Below, one piece after another: positions 38,307 to 46,630 of a stretch of DNA of 64,000 nucleotides. The position numbers and the translations under genes are program-made. Location: assembly GCA_001542995.1 (NCBI GenBank), contig LFLA01000025.1, forward strand, positions 27,606-91,605, in the 5' to 3' direction. Positions within the stretch are counted from its first letter, which is position 1. Every line of letters starts with the position of its first letter. A model generated the notes under the pieces. It searched no databases and had not been told where the DNA came from. It was given only the letters and a program-made list of their open reading frames with translations. This stretch comes from Nitrospina sp. LS_NOB (GTDB taxonomy: Bacteria; Nitrospinota; Nitrospinia; Nitrospinales; VA-1).

Positions 38307-38331
38307 AACCCATTCACTTTAGTTAAAGAAA

Positions 38332-39804
38332 TTAAAATCCCTTCGGGATAACCGACTCAAAAATTAACCCCATAACAAGATCACTTCCCAACCCCAACGC
38401 TATAATCCAGAAAGTCAGAACACCTAAACTCATCTTTATGGGAAAGGGCGTCTCGAGAACATGAGGCTCAACTAGCGGAAGGGATTCTTCGGCCCACACA
38501 CGTTGAAACATTCGAAAGAAATACAAGGCGGTCAGCATACTCGTGACCAAAATAGCAACGACAGCAAAGTATTTCTCAGCCTCCAATGCACCGACGACCA
38601 AGTGCCATTTTCCGAAAAATCCAGCAGTCGGAGGAATGCCCACCATGGACAATGCCGAGATAACCAATGCAGCCAACACCCAGGGCATGTTTCGTCGCAA
38701 TCGCGCAAGGTCTGTCACTGTACTCGCGCCATATTGATAGCTCGCGGCTCCAGCCACGCCAAAGAGAGCGGCTTTCATCAAGGTATCCGCCAAGAGGTAA
38801 AACAGTCCTCCCGCAAATCCTGTTTCAGTACCCAGACTGAAACCCAACATAATTAACCCCATAGAGGAAACGCTAGAATACGCCAACATGCGTTTGAAAT
38901 TTTCTTGCCAAATTGCACGGTAAGCTCCAACAATCGCAGCCACAGCACCGACCCAGCCCAGCACCACCAAGATTGGGATTTGTGTGGTCACCGTGGCCAT
39001 ACCAAAAACCCAAAAGGCAATACGGACGAAAGCATATAATGGAACTTTCGTCACCACCGAGGCTAGTAAAGGAGTGCAAGAGTCCGGTGCGTAGGTATAT
39101 GCATCAGGCAACCATCCATGCAATGGGAATAATCCCATCTTAATGGACAACCCCAAGACAATGAATATCAACCCTGTTAGCACCGCCCGAGAATCGAGAA
39201 CATCCGGAAGTCGTAGCGCCATATCTGCCATGTTGAGCGTTCCGGTTTCCGCATAAAAATACCCCACACCCAACAAGTATAGGGATGCCCCGATGGTACC
39301 GAGAATCAAATAGCGATAAGCAGAAAGAAGAGAACGGCCTCCAGCCACACCGACCAGAACATAACTAGCCAGCGAGCCGATTTCTAAAAAAACAAAAAGG
39401 TTAAACAGGTCTCCGGCCAATACCATTCCGCCCAAGGCTGCAATTAACAGAAGAGAAAGAGAATAAAAGGGTATCACTCGACCGGATAATTCTTTTTCGA
39501 CCAGAGGGCCTGCATGCACAAGCGCAATAAGCGAGACGACACTAATCGCCACCATTAGGAGTCCGCTCAACCCATCGATCACCCACTCAATGCCAATAGG
39601 CGGTGCCCATCCCCCAAATTCATGAGACAGTGGACCATGCGATATAGCCTCACTCAAGCCAATGACCGATACAATGCTAAGGAAAACCAAAGCACCGAGA
39701 GCAATCGGGCGACAAAGTTTCTGATTAGTGAAACCGACAACTGGTATTACAATTGCGGCAAAAAAGGGAATGGCGAATAAAAAACCTGGTAGGCTTGAGG
39801 TCAT
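38332..39804 (-). CDS. antiporter-like subunit, MrpD/NuoN/MbhH type (PF00361)
   Basis: 490 aa. GLFPLHGWLPDAYTYAPDSCTPLLASVVTKV. Its start overlaps the mrpC-like stop (ATGA). Confidence 0.9.
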   Translation of the reverse strand: MTSSLPGFLFAIPFFAAIVIPVVGFTNQKLCRPIALGALVFLSIVSVIGLSEAISHGPLSHEFGGWAPPIGIEWVIDGLSGLLMVAISVVSLIALVHAGPLVEKELSGRVIPFYSLSLLLIAALGGMVLAGDLFNLFVFLEIGSLASYVLVGVAGGRSLLSAYRYLILGTIGASLYLLGVGYFYAETGTLNMADMALRLPDVLDSRAVLTGLIFIVLGLSIKMGLFPLHGWLPDAYTYAPDSCTPLLASVVTKVPLYAFVRIAFWVFGMATVTTQIPILVVLGWVGAVAAIVGAYRAIWQENFKRMLAYSSVSSMGLIMLGFSLGTETGFAGGLFYLLADTLMKAALFGVAGAASYQYGASTVTDLARLRRNMPWVLAALVISALSMVGIPPTAGFFGKWHLVVGALEAEKYFAVVAILVTSMLTALYFFRMFQRVWAEESLPLVEPHVLETPFPIKMSLGVLTFWIIALGLGSDLVMGLIFESVIPKGF

Positions 39805-40169
39805 TTCATCTTTTCAAGTATCTGATCTTCTTCCAATGTGTTGTACTCTCTGTACAAAGCAATAACCATGGCAAGCGAAACGCCAAGAGTGCTAACTCCA
39901 ACTACAATCGCCGTGAGCATCAACACGTGGGGAAGGGGGTTCGCATAGGCTTCGGGAGCCAATGCCGTCACAGAAGGCAAAATAATGGGAATCGTACTGT
40001 CCTCTTTCACTGCCAGGGTGATAAAGAATAACATGATACTGGTTTGCATGATGTACATACCGATGAGTTTTTTGACCAGGTTGAGACACACCACCATGAT
40101 ATATATGCCCAAAAGAAATAGGATGATAAACGCGACAAAGTGGGGACGATAGAGAAGTATGTCAGCCAT
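39801..40169 (-). CDS. Mrp subunit C-like (NuoK family)
   Basis: 122 aa, 3 TM helices. NPLPHVLMLTAIVVGVSTLGVSLAM is typical of MnhC/NuoK. Confidence 0.85.
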   Translation of the reverse strand: MADILLYRPHFVAFIILFLLGIYIMVVCLNLVKKLIGMYIMQTSIMLFFITLAVKEDSTIPIILPSVTALAPEAYANPLPHVLMLTAIVVGVSTLGVSLAMVIALYREYNTLEEDQILEKMK

Positions 40170-40170
40170 A

Positions 40171-40614
40171 CTATTTTTCCTCTCCTTCTCCGCGTTCTCT
40201 CAAACTATAATAAATTGAAACGGCTGTAGCAGCGACCGTAATCGTAACGCCTATTTCAATTCCCAAAATCCCCCAGTGCCGCCTGGCAGAAGCCTCCATA
40301 CCTGGGATAGGCAGTTTTCCGTAATTTAAAAACTCCCCTCCAAGGATAAGTGGAAGTAGACCGATTCCCGCAAAAAGTAAAATGCCGATCCCGCCTAAAA
40401 TAATCGCTCGCCTTTCAAGCACGCTCAGAGAACCTTGAATGCCGAAGGCAATGATTGGCAGAATGACACTAGCCGCAAACAACGTTCCTGCCTGGAACCC
40501 GCCACCTGGACTATCGTGTCCATGAATAAGTACATACAATGCAAAGAGTTGAATAACGGGTGTAATAACTCTGGTCAGGGTGTGAACTATTACACTGTCA
40601 AGTGGCTGAATCAT
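40171..40614 (-). CDS. Mrp subunit B-like (MnhB domain, MbhF-like)
   Basis: 147 aa. HGHDSPGGGFQAG motif of the MnhB family. Confidence 0.8.
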   Translation of the reverse strand: MIQPLDSVIVHTLTRVITPVIQLFALYVLIHGHDSPGGGFQAGTLFAASVILPIIAFGIQGSLSVLERRAIILGGIGILLFAGIGLLPLILGGEFLNYGKLPIPGMEASARRHWGILGIEIGVTITVAATAVSIYYSLRERGEGEEK

Positions 40615-41137
40615 CTCTTCTCCTTAATAACATCCAACAGGCTATCCCTGCGGTAAATATGACAGTGGTCTCGCCCAGGGTGTCGAAGCCTCGATAGTCG
40701 GCCAACACCGCCGTCACCACATTGGGGGTATCTGTTTCCTCCAGACTCTTTCTTAAATAGTGGGAAGAAACATGTTTACTAGGTAGCGATTTAGGGTCCC
40801 CGACCACCGGTAGATCCACGGACCCAAATAATAGTAGAAAACCCAGAATCCCCAGGCCCCCCAATGCCATTATCCGTACCGGCAACTGTTTGCGAACTTC
40901 TTCTTGATGAGAGGTTAGATACAAGGCCACCAAAAAAAACAAGGTGGACAAGCCAGCACCAACAACAGCTTCGGTAAAGGCCACATCAACAGCTCCGAGA
41001 CCAGCCCAGAGAAGTGCCAGAAAAAAACTGTAAGCAGCCAAGGTAAGCACTCCACTAAAGAGGTCGCGAACAAAGACAGCACCCAGTGCCGTCACAACCG
41101 CCAAAAGAAGAAGAAGATAGTCGTCAAATAGCGTCAT
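40598..41137 (-). CDS. DUF4040 (MbhD-like) fused to an MbhE/MnhB-N-like segment
   Basis: DVAFTEAVVGAGLSTLFF (DUF4040-like) and NVVTAVLADYRGFDTLGETTVIF (MnhB-type motif). ATG 41137 overlaps the mrpG-like stop (ATGA). Confidence 0.8.
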   Translation of the reverse strand: MTLFDDYLLLLLAVVTALGAVFVRDLFSGVLTLAAYSFFLALLWAGLGAVDVAFTEAVVGAGLSTLFFLVALYLTSHQEEVRKQLPVRIMALGGLGILGFLLLFGSVDLPVVGDPKSLPSKHVSSHYLRKSLEETDTPNVVTAVLADYRGFDTLGETTVIFTAGIACWMLLRRRDDSAT

Positions 41138-41433
41138 TTTTTCTCCTTGACCCAAGGGCGCACACCATTTCGGAGAGCTGCTCTAAGGATCACATGGGAA
41201 ATGACTGGATTAAGATGCCAAAGGGCAAGAAGAATCAACATTATTTTCACATCAGCAAGGGTAAGCCCTTGATAAAAAGCCACGCCTGTTAAGACAAAAA
41301 AAGTGCCAAGGGTATCGGTAATGCTTAACGCATGAGATCTGGAAAAGACATCAGGCAAACGAACGATGCCAATAGCCGCAACCGTCAGAAAAAAGAGGCC
41401 AATACAAATTAATAGGGTATCGACTGCTAACAT
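41134..41433 (-). CDS. Mrp subunit G-like
   Basis: 99 aa. GIVRLPDVFSRSHALSITDTLG matches the PhaG/MnhG motif. Confidence 0.85.
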   Translation of the reverse strand: MLAVDTLLICIGLFFLTVAAIGIVRLPDVFSRSHALSITDTLGTFFVLTGVAFYQGLTLADVKIMLILLALWHLNPVISHVILRAALRNGVRPWVKEKK

Positions 41434-41699
41434 TCCCGAGTCCCTTTTTGTTCTAGATATTTTCCTACTGCCAGTCCACCAATAATGTTGAGCATGGCAT
41501 AGCCCAACGCGATATCAACAAACATTTCTATTCGTCCATACAGACTTCCCAAAATGGTCAACAAAAGAATGGCCTTGGTTGAAATCCCATTTAGGCCCAA
41601 AATCCGGTCGTAGACTGTAGGACCCTGAAACACCCGATACATATAAACAAGGATAAGTATGGTGAGAATGAGAAAGAAAAAATGGTACGACGTAAACAT
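41427..41699 (-). CDS. Mrp subunit F-like
   Basis: 90 aa, 3 TM helices. FQGPTVYDRILGLN is typical of MrpF/PhaF. Confidence 0.85.
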   Translation of the reverse strand: MFTSYHFFFLILTILILVYMYRVFQGPTVYDRILGLNGISTKAILLLTILGSLYGRIEMFVDIALGYAMLNIIGGLAVGKYLEQKGTREC

Positions 41700-42181
41700 C
41701 AGGTTTGCCCCCTCGAATGGAAAGCCTCGGCAATTTTTCGTTCCATGTCTCTCGACTCCAGCCCGCTGGATGATTTGTCATCCAGAGCATGAATCACCAA
41801 TTCACTGGAGGAGACCTCAATCGTGACAGTCCCCGGGGTTAACGTAATAGAATTTCCCAACAATACAACCGCTGGATTACTTCCAAGATTAGTAGGATAT
41901 TGGATGAGTCGTGGATTGATAGGAAGCTTTGGATCAAGAATAATTTTCGTAATATTTAGACTGCTCTTGACAATTTCCAAGAATAACCAAGGCCAATAAA
42001 GGATAAGTCGTACGTGAGGCAATGGTGGTTCATCCAAATGTTGAGGTTCGGTGTTCACCCAAGCAATCAAAGCAGCACCGAGAAATCCAATTGAGAGATG
42101 AAACGCGTCCAGCTTGCCGGATAACAAGACCCAAAGCCCGAAAAGTCCGATAGTTTTTAGAATGAGTGTTCTTGGCGACAT
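41699..42181 (-). CDS. Mrp subunit E-like
   Basis: 160 aa. GNSITLTPGTVTIEV...LVIHAL is typical of MnhE. Its stop overlaps the mrpF-like start (TGATG). Confidence 0.85.
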   Translation of the reverse strand: MSPRTLILKTIGLFGLWVLLSGKLDAFHLSIGFLGAALIAWVNTEPQHLDEPPLPHVRLILYWPWLFLEIVKSSLNITKIILDPKLPINPRLIQYPTNLGSNPAVVLLGNSITLTPGTVTIEVSSSELVIHALDDKSSSGLESRDMERKIAEAFHSRGQT

Positions 42182-42190
42182 AACTCTGCT

Positions 42191-45100
42191 TTACCCCAGC
42201 CGTATGGATTCCCACGAAGCATTCGAATTGTACCGATGAAACTCAAACGTATTGGGATCCAAGGCCACAAGATTGAGCCATTGATTATGAAACAACTGTT
42301 GAAGGATCGAGTGTTTTTGAATGACAGATGAGATTACACTCGGTGTCTGTTCGATGATAGCTAAGAGTCGCATAGGTTCATGATAATGAGTTTCTCCGTT
42401 ATTAACTGTTTGTAAGGGGAATCCCATTTGCAAATCACTTTGGCTTCCCAGCATCATCCCAACACCCCCGACGACATTGTGCAACACCTTGCTGCCACTT
42501 CCATACACCCACGGATCAACCGTAGAAAAATAATAGCCTGTGCTAATCCACTGGCCGACAATTAATGGCGCAGTCATGATATTTTCGAGGATGGCTCCCT
42601 GGGGATCATCAGCAGAATCATAAGAATGCAAGAAAACCCGACCGCCTAAATCTAACCCTTTGGTCAGTTTTCGTTTTCCAATGAGAAATGCGCCATTGCC
42701 CGCTAATCCCCATTCCGGTCGAGTATTCGCCCAATCGCAACTGCGTTCGTCTACATGAGCAAAAGCCTGCTCTGGAGAAATTTCAGTCGGAGCACTGGGA
42801 ATGCGATGGCATCGCTCAAGAGCCTGCTTCGCACCAGCTTCTTCGAGATTCTTTTTCAACGCCTGAAAATCTTCTTTATGCGAATCAGGCAGTTCCTCTA
42901 GATCGTAAAACTCGACCCGATCAGTCGTCGTGTTATGTTTCCCCGGAAGAAACCAGGTGTCATCGGGAATCGGCAACCCTATTTCCTTGAGAATGCGACG
43001 AACTTCAGGTTCATTCGCCATCGCGGCAAAAACTCGCGCATTTGCATCGCCCGGTGCTCCCCCGCAAGCCCCGCAATCCAACGCCCCATAGTAGGGATTG
43101 TTGTCGGTCTCACTCCCATGGCCACAGAGGCACACCAAACGAGCAAAATTTTTGGTGAACCCCATAGCACGCAAACCATTTTCGATAAATGTCGCCCGTT
43201 CCGAAAGAGAAAACCCCCGAGAAAGCCTGTCAGGAATCCCTTCCGCATTCACTTCTCCGATCCCGGGATTTTGAGGATTAGATGGCGTGGAAATTGAGAT
43301 CTGGGTTGGAACCCTATGCGTCAACCAACTCTGGATAGTAGAGGTCATTCCACAAAATCTTTTTTGGAACAAGGTCTTGCCCACCAACCCCAGACTAAAA
43401 AAGAATCCCAATACATCAATCATCATCATCGACCCAATAGGATGATGTTTCAGGTCGTGAAAAAGATGGTGCCCCAGTTGGTACCAGCGAGTACCAGAAG
43501 AATATTTTTCTAACGCCGCTCCCTCTCCCGACCGAGGTGATTCCGTTACCGCATGGTTAGGAGTCAATAACACCGGACATAAAGAGTAACGTTGATTACT
43601 ATCAAAAGCTTGATGGCTAATGGGAATGCCAAAAAACCCTGCAAACCCAAACGTTTCATAGGAACCTTGGGCTTCAATATGGCGACGAAATGATTCGGAA
43701 CGTACGTCGATACAAAAGGCTAGTTGTGCATGGGGACGAGTTTCCAATTCTGGTACCGTTCCGCGATGCGCTGAAATATTTCTCAGCATCTTCTCTCGAA
43801 AGGAATCTTCGTATGCCTCAATCCATACCCTTCCATGTTGATCAGCAGGAAAGTGATCTAACCATTGCAACAACATCTGGGCATTAGTAAGCGAGAGATC
43901 TTGAACTTCTCTTGGAGATAACTCAAGAAACTGTGCCAAATGGAATAATCGCCAAGCATATCGACATTTCATCTGTTTGGTTTGATTCCCAGATTGCACT
44001 CCATGCCAACTTTGTTGGTGGTATTCTTTGGGTCGATCATTCCAATATGCAGTCAGGGTAGAAACGGTCCCATCAATTCCCCATTCTTGCTGGCACTTAA
44101 TGTTGGTCAACTCCATTTCATAGAATAAACGCACGGCCAGATATTGTGTGGTGTCAATGGGATGTTTGTGTTGCGCATGGTAGGTTGGGTGTTCCCCAAG
44201 CCACCGTATGTATCGCGTCCAGCCTGGTAATAATGATAGTTGCCTTGAGAGATAATCTTCCCATTGTTCTTGGGGAATTTCGAGTTGGTGCAAGCTGGAA
44301 CGGATTGCGTCCTCTGGAGTTGCAGGAAGGCTATGAACTTTTTGGGCGAAATCTGTAATCCCGAGAAGCTGCCCCGAAAAATCTTTCTGCGCCAGGTTCC
44401 GCCATACTTGGTAGAAACCTACTTCTCGGCCAGGCATTTCCCAGCAGGCTAATCCTTCATCGAGAAACGCCGCCACCCATTTTATGAGTTGATTATTGAC
44501 TTGGTCGACCACCCCACCCTCAGTCAAACCATCAACCCAATCGCTGATGGTCTGTTGAGGCGACAAGGAAATGGGTGCTGAAGTTTGCGAATGCGAATCC
44601 CCAGATATTTGAGATGAAGCATGAAAATCAGATAGCCCGAAGGTGGCTAACACACTCTTCCATAAATTCGTCAGGTAGGCCTCTTCTGGATACACCGGAC
44701 ACTGTTCACATTCTTTGATGGTTTGCTCAATAATTTGTTTCTGGGATTCCTCGGAAAGATCTTGCCGAAACTGTTTTGTAGCTCCACCACCGCTTAACTC
44801 CCATTCCAAGAGGGATAATGGCAATTCCTCGAAGCCAAAAAGTATGTGTAATTGCCAAACATCTTTTGGGGTAACCTTTCGACTTCCAACTTCAATAAAA
44901 ACCTGACCATCGGGGCGAGGCCCAACCCTGGAAAAAGCGCGCTTAAAACTTTCTTTGGTAATACGGCCATTTCGGTAAAATTGACGATACTCCTCATTCG
45001 CAAGATACCCATTTCCACCAAGGAGGGCCTTGCCTTTTCGAACAGCCTGATCAAACGGCAGATATTCCAATCCATGAATGGGATTCTGCGCGATCATGGT

Positions 45101-45205
45101 CCGCATGGGCCAAAACGGCGCAATTGGCTCACTGGCGTTCAATACAATTTGCCGAACCCGATCACGATCTTCTGAGGAAAGGGGCTTCACTGAAATAGTA
45201 CTCAT
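42191..45205 (-). CDS. dabA: DUF2309/DabA-family protein (putative energy-coupled, beta-carbonic-anhydrase-like CO2-hydrating subunit)
   Basis: 1004 aa. Family-typical N-terminus (PIAPFWPMRTMIAQNPIHGL). Zn-ligand-type motifs FCIDVRSE (Cys498/Asp500 by my count) and CLCGHGS...LDCGACGG (His696/Cys711). C-terminal YDSADDPQG...APLIVGQWI...GSGSKVLHNVVG. Confidence 0.9.
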   Translation of the reverse strand: MSTISVKPLSSEDRDRVRQIVLNASEPIAPFWPMRTMIAQNPIHGLEYLPFDQAVRKGKALLGGNGYLANEEYRQFYRNGRITKESFKRAFSRVGPRPDGQVFIEVGSRKVTPKDVWQLHILFGFEELPLSLLEWELSGGGATKQFRQDLSEESQKQIIEQTIKECEQCPVYPEEAYLTNLWKSVLATFGLSDFHASSQISGDSHSQTSAPISLSPQQTISDWVDGLTEGGVVDQVNNQLIKWVAAFLDEGLACWEMPGREVGFYQVWRNLAQKDFSGQLLGITDFAQKVHSLPATPEDAIRSSLHQLEIPQEQWEDYLSRQLSLLPGWTRYIRWLGEHPTYHAQHKHPIDTTQYLAVRLFYEMELTNIKCQQEWGIDGTVSTLTAYWNDRPKEYHQQSWHGVQSGNQTKQMKCRYAWRLFHLAQFLELSPREVQDLSLTNAQMLLQWLDHFPADQHGRVWIEAYEDSFREKMLRNISAHRGTVPELETRPHAQLAFCIDVRSESFRRHIEAQGSYETFGFAGFFGIPISHQAFDSNQRYSLCPVLLTPNHAVTESPRSGEGAALEKYSSGTRWYQLGHHLFHDLKHHPIGSMMMIDVLGFFFSLGLVGKTLFQKRFCGMTSTIQSWLTHRVPTQISISTPSNPQNPGIGEVNAEGIPDRLSRGFSLSERATFIENGLRAMGFTKNFARLVCLCGHGSETDNNPYYGALDCGACGGAPGDANARVFAAMANEPEVRRILKEIGLPIPDDTWFLPGKHNTTTDRVEFYDLEELPDSHKEDFQALKKNLEEAGAKQALERCHRIPSAPTEISPEQAFAHVDERSCDWANTRPEWGLAGNGAFLIGKRKLTKGLDLGGRVFLHSYDSADDPQGAILENIMTAPLIVGQWISTGYYFSTVDPWVYGSGSKVLHNVVGGVGMMLGSQSDLQMGFPLQTVNNGETHYHEPMRLLAIIEQTPSVISSVIQKHSILQQLFHNQWLNLVALDPNTFEFHRYNSNASWESIRLG

Positions 45206-45395
45206 ATAGAAGGATTTACCTCTTGCATAGAGATCTCCAGCGTACTCCCCATAAATGAGAACGCTTCACTCAGTTCGCTTTTATTTTCCGTATTTTTATT
45301 TTCCAAATAATTAGCTCGAGTATTCCGTAAGTAATTAAGTATATTTTCGGCTTCATCGAGGATGTTGATATATGGGCATTATGATTTGCTTCAAG

Positions 45396-45689
45396 TCATT
45401 TATTAATTAGCTGGATCAGATCATGTACTTGTCGATGTTTCTCAATACCATGTCTCAGGGGCTTGCGGCTGAACACTTTGTACACGTTTCTCCTTCCTTC
45501 GCGGATGTGGTCCAAATACCGGTCCGCCTCCAGCTCAACGATAATGCGCTGAACTGCACGTTCCGTGATTCCAACTTCCAATGCAATGTCTCGAATGCGT
45601 TCAGACGGATTTTTGGCCAGACACAACAGAACGTGTCCATGATTCGTCAAAAAAGTCCACGACGGAGTATTTATTTTTCTTGCGCTCAT
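45396..45689 (-). CDS. small winged-helix transcriptional regulator (ArsR/MarR-like HTH)
   Basis: 97 aa. TNHGHVLLCLAKNPSERIRDIALEVGITERAVQRIIVELEADRYL..REGRRNVYKV. It lies 190 nt upstream of dabA on the same strand. Confidence 0.75.
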   Translation of the reverse strand: MSARKINTPSWTFLTNHGHVLLCLAKNPSERIRDIALEVGITERAVQRIIVELEADRYLDHIREGRRNVYKVFSRKPLRHGIEKHRQVHDLIQLINK

Positions 45690-45988
45690 CCTAGATCCTA
45701 TTTGGAAAAGACAATACTTCCAAAGCTTAACTTATGCCATGATTAATACAAGAAATACAATACACGAAATAGATTTCATATGTCAATAAATTATTAAGGG
45801 GTTTGCCCATGAGCATACTTATTCTGATTCGAAATATAGAGGAAATGGACACGGTACTCGAAGCTGCAAACAAGTGAGTCGGAATCTGGACAAGAGCTTA
45901 TTGAGCCGAGACGATTCTTTGCTCACTAAAGAAAGTTATTGCTAGTCGAGCCCAGAGCAACGCAGACTTAAAGGTACGCTATAGTAGC

Positions 45989-46630
45989 TTAAAGCCCCTT
46001 ATTTTCTGCCCACTTGAAGGGGGCTTCCTGCCAGGAGCGCAGTGTTTCAATATCATTTTGAGGGAGATTTTGGGTGGATTGGGCTACCTGCAGCAGTTCG
46101 GAAAAAATTAGGATAGAATGGATTTGGCAGGAGATGCTTTTAAACTTTTCTGTGGCCTCGGGGAACCCATAGCTGAAAATACTGCAGCAATGTTCGACAA
46201 TGCCCCCGGCTTCCCGGACGGCTGCCACGGCGTTGATTGCACTCGCCCCTGTTGAAACCAGATCCTCAATGACTAATACCCGCTGATTTTGTTTTAGAAT
46301 CCCTTCAATTTTGTTGCCCATGCCATGGGATTTGGCCGTAGACCTGACATAAACCAAGGGAATCTGAAGCAGGTCAGCCAGAGTGGTGGCATGGGGGATC
46401 CCGGCGGTCGCGGTGCCAGCTATGACTTCTACTTCAGCCGCACATTTTTTTAACAGGTCTTGAAAGCCTTTTGCAATCAGGGCACGGTGTTCGGCGTTTC
46501 CCAGAAGCAGGCGGTTGTCATTATAGATGGGCATTTTATAACCGGAAGCCCAAGTGAAAGGCTCGCGGGCATTGATTTGGATTGCGCCGATTTCTAACGC
46601 CACCTGGGCAATATTCTCTGCGCTGGTCAT
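45989..46630 (-). CDS. pyrE: orotate phosphoribosyltransferase
   Basis: PRPP-binding motif RVLVIEDLVSTGAS. Type I PRTase fold. Its start overlaps the lptD stop. Confidence 0.9.
   Translation of the reverse strand: MTSAENIAQVALEIGAIQINAREPFTWASGYKMPIYNDNRLLLGNAEHRALIAKGFQDLLKKCAAEVEVIAGTATAGIPHATTLADLLQIPLVYVRSTAKSHGMGNKIEGILKQNQRVLVIEDLVSTGASAINAVAAVREAGGIVEHCCSIFSYGFPEATEKFKSISCQIHSILIFSELLQVAQSTQNLPQNDIETLRSWQEAPFKWAENKGL

Noticed and set aside
45203-45232. 8-codon upstream ORF (ATG CAA GAG GTA AAT CCT TCT ATA TGA) overlapping the dabA start
   Set aside because: It is too short, has no SD of its own and shows nothing regulatory. It is probably fortuitous, though it could be revisited if dabA proves translationally regulated.
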